From: Eledone cirrhosa
Taxonomy: Eukaryota
Reading direction: 5' to 3'
Assembly: GCA_964016885.1 (NCBI GenBank)
Contig: OZ024740.1
Location: 407,712,001-407,776,000 of the forward strand
DNA length: 64,000 nt
Numbering within the stretch: position 1 is the stretch's first letter; each line of letters starts with the position of its first letter. Shown here in pieces: positions 36,507-47,309 of the stretch. The notes beneath the pieces are model-generated. The model did no database searches, was not told the DNA's origin, and saw only the letters and a program-made list of their open reading frames with translations. The translations under genes were made by a program, and so were the position numbers.

Positions 36507-37604
36507 CTACACGTCTATACATACATATGTGTGTATGAGTGCATTTGTGGGATCTACTATGATTTTCTATTATAATATATTTGACTTTATATATACGGAC
36601 CCCAATTCATATATAGAAAACATTTACACACACAGACTACACTACTACACTCTGTGATGAGAAAATAAACTATTTTCAGTCACAACACCATTGGTTTCTA
36701 AGTGTGAACGAATCTGATTAATCAATTATGGATTTCTCTGGAGATGTGTGAAGAGCTTTAACCATAACACTAACATTTTTGGACAGGATCCAAAAGAGAA
36801 AAATATTCTGATAGGTCCATCTAACTTTCAAAATCAATTCCATCTTATTTTATATTGATCAGAAAGTTCTATTAATATTTATTTTCTAGATCAATGAAAT
36901 AGCACGTATTTTTTTATTTTGTTATGGTGATACATCACAGTTTCTCTTTTGTGGGACAATTTTTTAAATAAAAAATTTCTCAATATCTAGAAACAAACTA
37001 AAGCAAATTTTCAGCTTAAATACTTTTGACTAGCTACCCATAAATAACTGATATATATTTATTTTGAATAAACTAATTTAAATTTAAAAGCTGATGAGAA
37101 TATTTAAATGTTTATATGATCTTCTTTTGTCCATTTTCTTCCCTTTCTTCCTATCACTTCTGTGGACCAACACACTTCTAGCTGCTGATTTCTATCCTTT
37201 GAGGTAAATTTTACCTGACACTGTCATTGATGGCATTTTGCTATTTTAACAGCTTCGTTGCATTGAGTTCTTCCCATTATTCTATGAATTCTAATACACT
37301 CGCACTTCAAACTCGATATTCGAGATAACTTTATTTAAATTTGTTTATTTATTTTTGCAACTTGTAGTACTTCGAAAGAATATATACTTAGCATTTTGAA
37401 ATATAAAGGTAAAAATCTATTCAGGATATCTCTAACAGCTGACTTAAAATTCTTGAAAAAGAAATTGATTCCTCATCTTGTAAAAAAATGGGACAAACAT
37501 CCTACAACACAAAATATTTAACAATTCAGCTTAATCATATTCTCAATACAAATGCTTTATCAAATTGACAGAAGCTCATGTATCTGAAAGAAAGACCACA
37601 TATA

Positions 37605-37690
37605 GTTAATTTAATTGATCCCAGTATGCTTAGTATTTATTTTATTTGCCCACAAGGGATGAAAGGACAAAGCAGCCCCAACAAGATTTC
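37605..37690 (-). mobile_element. Degraded SINE family 1 fragment
   Basis: CCCAGTA...TTTATTTTAT...GGATGAAAGG.CAAAGCAG matches 640-700. Confidence 0.55.
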
Positions 37691-37793
37691 TTTCAACTTT
37701 CTGAGTTCTTGGGTAATTTCCTAGAAATTATGTTGCCTAGAGTAACATCTCTATAAAATAACACTTCTGATTTTGTACAATGATACTAATCTC

Positions 37794-37796
37794 ACA

Positions 37797-37873
<77 letters not shown>

Positions 37874-37898
37874 ACACATACACACACACATGCACACA
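37794..37898. repeat. (CA)n microsatellite
   Basis: Direct reading. Confidence 0.98.
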
Positions 37899-38580
37899 GA
37901 GCAATATTTTAAAACTAAATTTCCCTTGTATTGCTAATGCTCTCAATAAAATACTAACATTACAACTATCCATTTTTCACATGCTAAAGTAAAGTAACAC
38001 TAGGACTAGCGAAAGAAATGATTGTGTTAATAATAATCTTCATCTAAAAACCCAGAAAGTTTATATGTCCATACAACGGTAATCTTTGGTTTCCTGAATG
38101 TGAAAGAGAAAACGCCTACAATTATTTCATTTTAAATAAACCAGGTTACAGAAAAAAATGTAGATGCCAAGAATGCATTAATTAAAACATTTTATGAATA
38201 ATCATGCTAATCACTGAATTGTACAAATTTCATATTCTATATTCCCTGCATAAAGATTTCCTTGCATATTAAAACCCATTAAATCCAAATGATTTCTTAC
38301 GTTGACACAAAACCATAAATATATAATATGGAATAGTTGCTTGAATATATTTCAAATAAGTTTTGATATTTATTCAATATTTTATTCAACCCAAACAGGT
38401 AAAAAGCAAAATAAACCAATTCTGACATTCACCATCTAAAAGGTAAAATCTAAATCTAAGAAAATAAAAAAATAAAAAATAATAATAATAATTTACAATT
38501 GAAACCTATGCAGTACATCTCATGGGAGGTTTCTTGTGTGTTTTAATGTTAGGGGCTCCAGTCCTATTTTTCCTTGTTAA

Positions 38581-38788
38581 CCCTTTATCATTTAAACTGG
38601 CCATATCCAGCCAGAATTCTCTCACCTCTTTCTGTTCAAATGGTCCCAACCGCCTGCTCAAACTTATGTTAAGGTATTTTTCTCAAAATAAATAATATCA
38701 AAATCTCATAGATCCGATATTATTTGAGATAATTATGTGTTTACCTTGAAAATACAATAGTAAACAAAGTAATGTAAATGCTAAAGGA
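38581..38788. mobile_element. piggyBac-type MITE
   Basis: TTAA on both sides; TIRs CCCTTTATCATTTA and TAAATGCTAAAGGA (12/14 complementary). Confidence 0.75.
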
Positions 38789-39027
38789 TTAAACAGGTCA
38801 GTAATTGATTTGATTTTATTGTCTTCGATATCTTCGATTCTCTGCTAGATGTTAAGAGGGGACCTCAGCTGTCAACTAACCACCTACAGAAGCACGAGAT
38901 GACAGCCACATATATTTGAGATATGTATTTAAAGGTAATAGCTTTAAATTGATTCTATTGGAAGGAAATAACAATGAAGTTGAAAAAAATAATAATTTTG
39001 AAAACAATTTACTTAACATTAAATTAA

Positions 39028-39204
39028 TTGGCAGTATCGGTAGAGGGTCGGACACCATGCTTTGACGCATAGAGTTACGGCCCTTGTAATTCTGAGTTCA
39101 AATCCCACCGAGGTTAACTTTGCCTTTCATCCTTACGGGGTCGATAAAATAAAGTACCAGTAATGTACTGGGTAATTGCTGGCCTTGTGCCAATAGTAGA
39201 AACA
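39028..39204 (+). mobile_element. SINE family 1, slightly 5'-truncated
   Basis: Body matches 5636-5820; ATTAAATTA on both sides. Confidence 0.88.
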
Positions 39205-40529
39205 ATTAAATTATTAGCAATTTCTATTCCAGTTTTCCACTCATAATATAGGAAATGGAGTAAATAATATGAAGACAATATACAAATTCTTTTCTGGTGA
39301 GAATGTAGATAAGTTTTAAACTTACACAAATATACACTGAGCCACACACATACACATGTACAAAAACATATAAGGTAAACACGGGCTGTAAAAGCATAAA
39401 AAAACAATTTTAAAGCTTGCTACAGAATTGCAAAAGAAACATCTGTGCATCACATAAATAGGTCATTGTATGAAGGAAAATCCTTACAGGGTAAGAGAAA
39501 TTCTTAATGATAAATTCAATAGTAGTTTTTAGTACTCTGCTGGTATACATACAAATAGCTAGATCATCAGAGTTTCTCAACACTGTAACTTTGTATAGAA
39601 AATGGTAACTCTCAGTTATAGTGACACAAAAGAAATACTATAATAGCTGTCATAGATACAATAAGTATAAATTCATAGGAATAGTTTGAAAACTCGTTAA
39701 AACAGCCAAATGCCATCAATGATAACAGCATGTAAGTCAAGTAAAAATACCCCTGAGGACAGAAATCGTTGATAAAGTGAAAAGTTAAGTTGTGAGGTGG
39801 GTGACAGGTAGATGAAACAGAGAGGTGATTGAGAGAGGAGTGTGTTGGCATTTAGAAGTAATAAGTAAAGAATAAAGAAAGAAAGCAAGGAAGACAAATG
39901 GAGATTAGGGTTACAATAAGAGTCAAGATTAAAGTTATAGATGATATAAAAATCACAGGTGCATCTGACCTAATCAAATCTCAATCTGGCTTGTAGTTTC
40001 GCACGAATTCATTGAGAGGATGTCAATTTTTTTATATCAGTTCATGCAACAGAAAATAAACAAACATTTCTGCTGATATGATGCATGTACGATGACAAAA
40101 ACACAGAATAGATAAGCAGACAGACAAATCAGAGCAAGATAAAGCATGCCCTGCTGGTGATGTGCCCCTAGATAAAAGGAATGGTATAGCTCTAGGGTGG
40201 AAGTGACAGCAGCAATTATGTGTAGGGACAAGAGAATAGTGGGGGAGAGACAAACAAAAAAAGAAAAAAAGGAAAAGGAGGAAAGCAGTAAGCTACAGAC
40301 CATGGTGCCAGTCCAAATTGGAAAACTAATAAAAACATAGCTATGATAAAAGTGAATAAACATTGTTGCCCAGGGCCTACTACATTCCTCCTTTTCATTT
40401 TGTTTTCTTTCTTTCTCTCTCTCTCCACTCTTCTCTGGTGCCTTCAAAAATAATTTTTCCTTACCAAGCCGAATTACTTGAAGAGGTTAAAAGGAATAAC
40501 AATATCACCTGGAGTGAAGAAGAGGGAGG

Positions 40530-40820
40530 GATGCTGGTGCCACAATGAAAATGCACCTAATAAACACTGTATAGTTGTTTTTGATAGGAAGGACAACCAT
40601 CCACAGAAAGATTGCTAAACAAATGTTTGAGAGGATCTTCCAGTTGTGTCAAAGACAAAACAACTACTCTAGTGTCACAATAAATTGCACTTGTTAGAAC
40701 ACTGAACAGTGTGTTAGCAAGATGTGAACCACCAGCCTGTCTGGGAGGACTGTGGACTCACTTCAGTAAAGCGTGAAAACCTGTCCAACTCTTGCTATAG
40801 GGGAAGTGAATGTTAAATGA
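40530..40820 (+). mobile_element. Degraded RTE-type 3' UTR
   Basis: GTGCCAC...ACACTGT...TAGGAAGG...terminal GTTAAATGA, tail-to-tail with the next element. Confidence 0.5.
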
Positions 40821-41088
40821 TCATCATCATCATCACCGTTTTACGTCCGTTCTTCCACGCTAGCATGGGTTAGACGGGTTGTCCTGTTGTGGGCAGTGTC
40901 TGGTCGGCTGACCATGCCTTGCTCATACAGGAACTGATCTGGCTTGATTTCTACAGCTGGATGCCCTTCCTAACACCAACCTCATTTACAGTGAGTGCTG
41001 GGTGCTTTTTCGTGGCGCCTACACGTCCACTTTACAGTGTGGGCTGGGTGCTTTTTTGCCGTGGCACCTCCACGACCACCTTGCGGTG
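40821..41088 (-). mobile_element. RTE family B 3' UTR only
   Basis: Reverse complement of 53293-53560. Confidence 0.9.
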
Positions 41089-41097
41089 ATGATGAAG

Positions 41098-41129
<32 letters not shown>

Positions 41130-41395
41130 TATGTGTGTGTGTGGGGGGGGGGGGGGGCAGAGAGATAGTAGATAGAGCAGATGGTGATATTTGTTTATGT
41201 TCTGCATCAATACTGGTCTTCCTGCTCAGCAATTAGATATGCAACAATTCATTCCCTACTTAAAAACAAATGAGACTTGGCATCAATAAGAGCTGTAGAA
41301 TGCTGTCAAAAAAACTACAAAACCTAACATAAAACTGATGACATTATAAGTTTATATATTTCCTTTACCTTTTCCATGGAAATACTTAACATATA

Positions 41396-44300
41396 TCATC
41401 ATCATCATCATCAACGTTTAACGTCCGTGTTCCACGCTTGCATGGGTTTGGACGGGGGTAGTCCCACTTGAGGCAAGAGTGATTGTCTTGCTCGCATAGG
41501 ACTGTCTGGCAGGTTTTCTACAGTTGGATGCCCTTCCTAACACCAACCACATTTACAGTGTGGGTCTGGGAGGTTTTTACCGTGTTGCCTACACGGCCAC
41601 ATTACAGCGTGGACTGTGTGTATTTTTGTCGTGACACCTACACGATCTCATTTGTTTCGGCCTATGGCGCGGCACCAACATAACTTTACATAGAACGGGG
41701 TGGTGTGGATGGGGTGGGGGTGGTGGTGGTGGGACGGGGTGTATTTTGTTAGAGATGCCTACTGGTTGGAGTAGGTTTTACTATATATTTAGGTAAGGCT
41801 GTTACTGAGTACCGCCAAAGGTCTCGGTCCAGTGACATTGTCTTGGAGAGGTGTAAGTGTGTGATGTCGGAGTTTATCAGCTCGTCCCAGGTTTTTCTAG
41901 GTCTGCCTATTCCGTGACTACCGTCTATCTTTATTGCCCTGCACTTTGTTATACAGCTATCGACTTTCATGCGCATCACGTGTCCATACCAACGTAGCCT
42001 TCTCTCGAGTAAACAACATCTGATCCCTCTTATCTCTAATTTTTTCCTTAGTTCGTTTATGCTTTGCCGTTCACGTATATTACTGTTACACATCCAGCAG
42101 AGCATGCAAGCTTCATTCCTCTCTAGTCTGCATATATCCTCTGCACACAATGCCCAGGTCTCACTGCCATGCAGCATTGCTGTTCGTATGCAGGCATCGT
42201 ACAACCTGCCTTTCATTTTTAGGAAGAACCCTTTAGCAGCTAATAGTGGTATAAGCTGTCTGAACTTTTTCCAACCAGTTCTGACTCTAGCTACAGTACT
42301 TTCAGAGCACCCTCCCCCACTGCTGATTTTATCGCCCAGGTAACGGAAGCTGTCCACTATTTCTATAGAACCCTCTGCGCAATTGAAAGAGCTAGTATTT
42401 TGTGGGCACTTGCTGCTACTTATTGCACCAGAACACCGGCCACATGTAAAATCTATGTTCTTAGTTAGCTTACCTGTAATCCCACTACATCTTTTATGCA
42501 CCCATACTTTGCATTTAGGACATAAAATGGAGTATCTACCTACGCCTTTCCTACACACCGAGCACGACCATTTCCCAGAAGGGACCGCCGCCTTGTTTTC
42601 TTTCCTACAAACTAGAACTTTGGTCTTAGCCAGGTTAATTTTAAGTCCTTTTGACTCTAGGCCGTGCTTCCATGTTTGGAATTTCTTCTCTAGCTCGGCC
42701 ATTGATTCCGCTATGAGTGTCAGGTCGTCTGCGTATAGGAGTTCCCATGGGCAGCCTGTCTTGAACTCCTCTGTTATAGCCTGAAGGGCAATAATAAATA
42801 GTAGGGGGCTGAGAACAGAGCCCTGATGGACGCCAACTTTTACGCTAAACTCTTCACTATATTCGTTGTTAATTCTAACCTTGCTGACTGTTTCTTTATA
42901 CATGGCTTGTATAGCCCTCACAAGCCATTCGTCAACGCCTAGTTTTCTAAGGGCCCACCAGATAATGGAACGGGGGACTCTGTCGAAGGCTTTCTCCAAG
43001 TCGACAAAAGCTAAGTAGAGGGGTTTACCTTTAGCTAGGTACTTCTCCTGTAGTTGTCGTACTATGAAAAGAGCGTCTGTGGTACTTTTGCCTGACACAA
43101 ACCCGAACTGCATTTCATCTAGGTCGATTCTCTCTCTGATTAGTTGCGCTATTACTTTTTCCGTGACCTTCATGACCTGGTCGATTAATTTAATGCCTCT
43201 ATAGTTACTCCTATCTAGGGCGTCTCCTTTACCCTTATAACAGTTAACGATGATGCTGCTATGCCAGTCCTTCGGAACAACCCCATTCTGTACGACTTGG
43301 TTAACTATGCGGGTGACCATGGTGTGTCCCACCGTGCCAGATGCCTTCAGCATCTCAGCAACTATTTCCGAAGGCCCAGCCGCCTTACCCGTCTTCATAT
43401 CCTTGATTGCCTTACTTATTATACTCCCCTCGACTAACACTGCTGGTCCCTCTATTGGGTCGATATGGGGGAGACTGTCTTTCTCCCATTTATTCTCCTC
43501 ATTTAGTAGCCTTTCGTAGTGACACTTCCAAGCTACCTTCTTATCAGCGTCAGTGATGGCAAGTACACCATCATCATTAAGTACACACTTCTCCCCGACA
43601 ATATCACGGTTTTCCTTGACGCATTGCCTAGCAATCCTGAACACCTCACGTTTTTGGTCATCGCGTTGTAGAACATGCTTGAACTTTCTTTCCTCAGCTT
43701 CCCTTCTTGCTAAGTACACTTGTCTCCTAGCTTCCCTCCTGGCCACTTGATAGTCTTCTCTACTTCCCCCATCCCGCCATACTTTCCAAGCCTGCTTTTT
43801 GGCCTTAATTGACCCCTCCACCTTACTGTTCCACCACCATGTTACTCTCCTCCTGCCTACAGGCCTGCTCCAGCCACAGACTTCGTCTGTCGCCAACAGC
43901 AGGTTTGCTTTCAGAAATTCCCACTCTCCCTCTATATTGTCCGACTCTAAATGTTCTTCCTTACTGTCGAAAGCATCAAGTAATATGCTTTGAAATTTAT
44001 TCCTGGCTGTGGGGTCCTTTAGCTTCCATATTTTTCTCCTGAGGATAGTCCTCTTCTGCTGTCGAGTACGTCTCGTCCTGACTATGAGGTCGCTAATTAT
44101 CAGTCTATGTTGGGAGGTGCATTCTTCATGGGGGAGGGATTTGGTGTTTACAACAGACACTCTGTCACGTCTTCTGGTAAGGATATAATCTACCTGGCTT
44201 GTGTGTTCCCCGGATCTATAGGTGATCAGGTGATTGTCACGTTTTTTGAAGTTAGTGTTACAGATAGTTAGGTTATTTGCATCACAGAATTCCAGGATTC

Positions 44301-45009
44301 TGGAGCCTTCCTCATTTCTAGTACCAAACCCATAGCCTCCATGGATTTTGTCGTAGCCGTCACAATGTTGTCCAACGTGACCATTTAGGTCGCCTGCAAT
44401 AATTATATAGTCACTGTCGGATATTTGGGAGGTAGTTAGCATCAGTGTCTCATAGAATCTGTCTTTTATAGTGCCGGGCAGTCCGGATTGGGGTGCGTAC
44501 GCAGATATTACTGTCACCGTAGTTCTATTGAGGACAAGTCGTATTTTAATTATTCTGTCGTTCACTCTATTTACGTCTATTATCTTATCTGCCCACTTTT
44601 CCGCTACCATGATTCCTACTCCACCCAGCCCATCGTCGTTTCCCACCCAGAAAAGCTTATAACATCGTTTTTTACCCTCAATGAATCTAGCAGACCCACC
44701 CCTCCACCTGGTCTCTTGAATACAACAAACATCGACCTCCTTACGTTCAAGCATTTCTACAACCTCGTTAGCGCGACCCTTTAGAGTGCCTACATTTATG
44801 GTACCAACTCTGAAGTTTTGGATTGCGTTTGGGGGTTGGGGGCGGTGGGGGCGGGGGGCGATGGGGTTATGTTAGCCGTCCGCGGTCGAAACAATGAGGA
44901 GTGCTCGCATTCTCGTCCAAGAGGTGAACTTGTCTTTATCTTTGGCATTGCCGCTGAGCGTCCAGATTTTTCTCTCTCTCTCCTCCACTTTCCAGGATTC
45001 CGCAGTCCA
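41396..45009 (-). mobile_element. RTE LINE family A, apparently full length and intact
   Basis: 5' UTR ~44815-45009, uninterrupted ORF, 3' UTR and (GAT)n tail at 41396-41413. Confidence 0.95.
41749..44754 (-). CDS. RTE polyprotein: APE endonuclease, reverse transcriptase, PHD-type zinc finger (1001 aa from first ATG)
   Basis: CIQETRW, GDLNGH, SQVDYIL, SQHR; [33 protein letters not shown]; C4HC3 finger; [15 protein letters not shown]. Confidence 0.95.
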   Translation of the reverse strand: MLERKEVDVCCIQETRWRGGSARFIEGKKRCYKLFWVGNDDGLGGVGIMVAEKWADKIIDVNRVNDRIIKIRLVLNRTTVTVISAYAPQSGLPGTIKDRFYETLMLTTSQISDSDYIIIAGDLNGHVGQHCDGYDKIHGGYGFGTRNEEGSRILEFCDANNLTICNTNFKKRDNHLITYRSGEHTSQVDYILTRRRDRVSVVNTKSLPHEECTSQHRLIISDLIVRTRRTRQQKRTILRRKIWKLKDPTARNKFQSILLDAFDSKEEHLESDNIEGEWEFLKANLLLATDEVCGWSRPVGRRRVTWWWNSKVEGSIKAKKQAWKVWRDGGSREDYQVARREARRQVYLARREAEERKFKHVLQRDDQKREVFRIARQCVKENRDIVGEKCVLNDDGVLAITDADKKVAWKCHYERLLNEENKWEKDSLPHIDPIEGPAVLVEGSIISKAIKDMKTGKAAGPSEIVAEMLKASGTVGHTMVTRIVNQVVQNGVVPKDWHSSIIVNCYKGKGDALDRSNYRGIKLIDQVMKVTEKVIAQLIRERIDLDEMQFGFVSGKSTTDALFIVRQLQEKYLAKGKPLYLAFVDLEKAFDRVPRSIIWWALRKLGVDEWLVRAIQAMYKETVSKVRINNEYSEEFSVKVGVHQGSVLSPLLFIIALQAITEEFKTGCPWELLYADDLTLIAESMAELEKKFQTWKHGLESKGLKINLAKTKVLVCRKENKAAVPSGKWSCSVCRKGVGRYSILCPKCKVWVHKRCSGITGKLTKNIDFTCGRCSGAISSSKCPQNTSSFNCAEGSIEIVDSFRYLGDKISSGGGCSESTVARVRTGWKKFRQLIPLLAAKGFFLKMKGRLYDACIRTAMLHGSETWALCAEDICRLERNEACMLCWMCNSNIRERQSINELRKKLEIRGIRCCLLERRLRWYGHVMRMKVDSCITKCRAIKIDGSHGIGRPRKTWDELINSDITHLHLSKTMSLDRDLWRYSVTALPKYIVKPTPTSRHL

Positions 45010-45451
45010 ATTTCTTTCCATTGGAAATTCGTTGGATTTCCAATCTTTCGGAATGATGAAACCGTCGGTAACAGCATCTGAACAGGTGATTATTTAATCA
45101 TTTTTTAATTTATTTAGAAAATTGTTTAATAACCGTTTGTTTCGCTACTTTTATATTGTTCTGGTATCTCGAATTAGTGCCATTGAACCACATGTATTAT
45201 AAACAACTTGAATATTTCTACAAGTACATTGTACCTGTTGAAGTATCCATCCACTTCTATAATTTATTCTCCTTACGTAGAGAACAAAACGTTGAATAAT
45301 GCCGCTAATTTTAGTGGCAATTCGACATGTTTATAATATCCAGCTTTTATCAGCGACCTGATTTGCGTGTGTGTCACTTTAACGGCTTGACCGCATGCGT
45401 TGGGCAGGGAGCATAATATTTACTTGCTATACCTTATAGCGTGGAAATAGG

Positions 45452-45532
45452 GCTGTCTGAAGATTCATTTCTTTCCATTGGAAATTCGTTGGATTTCCAA
45501 TCTTTCGGAATGATGAAACCGTCGGTAACAGC
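45452..45532 (+). ncRNA. Type I hammerhead ribozyme, array copy 1 (predicted cleavage after 45527)
   Basis: GCTGT-CTGAAGA-long stem II-GAAA-CCGTCG-GTA-ACAGC; stem I GCTGT/ACAGC, palindromic stem III ACCG(T)CGGT. Confidence 0.85.
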
Positions 45533-45908
45533 ATCTGAACAGGTGATTATTTAATCATTTTTTAATTTATTTAGAAAATTGTTTAATAACCGTTTGTTTC
45601 GCTACTTTTATATTGTTCTGGTATCTCGAATTAGTGCCATTGAACCACATGTATTATAAACAACTTGAATATTTCTACAAGTACATTGTACCTGTTGAAG
45701 TATCCATCCACTTCTATAATTTATTCTCCTTACGTAGAGAACAAAACGTTGAATAATGCCGCTAATTTTAGTGGCAATTCGACATGTTTATAATATCCAG
45801 CTTTTATCAGCGACCTGATTTGCGTGTGTGTCACTTTAACGGCTTGACCGCATGCGTTGGGCAGGGAGCATAATATTTACTTGCTATACCTTATAGCGTG
45901 GAAATAGG

Positions 45909-45989
45909 GCTGTCTGAAGATTCATTTCTTTCCATTGGAAATTCGTTGGATTTCCAATCTTTCGGAATGATGAAACCGTCGGTAACAGC
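45909..45989 (+). ncRNA. Type I hammerhead ribozyme, array copy 2 (cleavage after 45984)
   Basis: Same motif as copy 1. Confidence 0.85.
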
Positions 45990-46363
45990 ATCTGAACAGG
46001 TGATTATTTAATCATTTTTTAATTTATTTAGAAAATTGTTTAATAACCGTTTGTTTCGCTACTTTTATATTGTTCTGGTATCTCGAATTAGTGCCATTGA
46101 ACCACATGTATTATAAACAACTTGAATATTTCTACAAGTACATTGTACCTGTTGAAGTATCCATCCACTTCTATAATTTATTCTCCTTACGTAGAGAACA
46201 AAACGTTGAATAATGCCGCTAATTTTAGTGGCAATTCGACATGTTTATAATATCCAGCTTTTATCAGCGACCTGATTTGCGTGTGTCACTTTAACGGCTT
46301 GACCGCATGCGTTGGGCAGGGAGCATAATATTTACTTGCTATACCTTATAGCGTGGAAATAGG

Positions 46364-46444
46364 GCTGTCTGAAGATTCATTTCTTTCCATTGGAAATTCG
46401 TTGGATTTCCAATCTTTCGGAATGATGAAACCGTCGGTAACAGC
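46364..46444 (+). ncRNA. Type I hammerhead ribozyme, array copy 3 (cleavage after 46439)
   Basis: Same motif as copy 1. Confidence 0.85.
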
Positions 46445-46820
46445 ATCTGAACAGGTGATTATTTAATCATTTTTTAATTTATTTAGAAAATTGTTTAATA
46501 ACCGTTTGTTTCGCTACTTTTATATTGTTCTGGTATCTCGAATTAGTGCCATTGAACCACATGTATTATAAACAACTTGAATATTTCTACAAGTACATTG
46601 TACCTGTTGAAGTATCCATCCACTTCTATAATTTATTCTCCTTACGTAGAGAACAAAACGTTGAATAATGCCGCTAATTTTAGTGGCAATTCGACATGTT
46701 TATAATATCCAGCTTTTATCAGCGACCTGATTTGCGTGTGTGTCACTTTAACGGCTTGACCGCATGCGTTGGGCAGGGAGCATAATATTTACTTGCTATA
46801 CCTTATAGCGTGGAAATAGG

Positions 46821-46901
46821 GCTGTCTGAAGATTCATTTCTTTCCATTGGAAATTCGTTGGATTTCCAATCTTTCGGAATGATGAAACCGTCGGTAACAG
46901 C
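46821..46901 (+). ncRNA. Type I hammerhead ribozyme, array copy 4 (cleavage after 46896)
   Basis: Same motif as copy 1. Confidence 0.85.
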
Positions 46902-47082
46902 ATCTGAACAGGTGATTATTTAATCATTTTTTAATTTATTTAGAAAATTGTTTAATAACCGTTTGTTTCGCTACTTTTATATTGTTCTGGTATCTCGAAT
47001 TAGTGCCATTGAACCACATGTATTATAAACAACTTGAATATTTCTACAAGTACATTGTACCTGTTGAAGTATCCATCCACTT

Positions 47083-47121
<39 letters not shown>

Positions 47122-47126
<5 letters not shown>

Positions 47127-47289
47127 AACGAGTAGGACCCCGACGGCTGAGCTCAGAATTAGCCGTCGAAACGGCTTGAGCTCAGCCGTCGGGGTCCTAC
47201 TCGTTCCTATTACCCACTCTACTACCCTAAGTATTGAGTACTTTGGTGCGTTATGGTCCACCTGGTTCCTTACCACATTTCCTTCATTA
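47122..47289. mobile_element. Fold-back fragment with 34-bp perfect arms containing the 3' half of a hammerhead; probable PLE or retrozyme end
   Basis: Arms 47122-47155 and 47177-47210; GAAA-CGGCT-TGAGCTC-AGCCG-TC-GGGGT. Confidence 0.6.
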
Positions 47290-47309
47290 TATATATATAT
47301 ATATATATA

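Larger units (their letters stand above)
45010..47089 (+). repeat. Tandem array of 457-bp units (~4.5 copies), each junction forming a hammerhead ribozyme; retrozyme-like
   Basis: Unit starts at 45011, 45468, 45925, 46380, 46837; only a 2-bp GT indel noticed between copies. Confidence 0.95.

Noticed and set aside
41365-41395. TTTCCATGGAAAT resembling array start TTTCCATTGGAAAT as an RTE TSD
   Set aside because: Not flush with either element end and the flanking bases do not match; probably chance
41969-44784. Antisense ORFs over LINE coding regions
   Set aside because: Shadow ORFs recurring only because the repeats are homologous; no domain signal
45010-47089. CRISPR array, rDNA or snRNA tandem cluster
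   Set aside because: Units are identical with no variable spacers, and I recognise no 5S, tRNA or snRNA sequence
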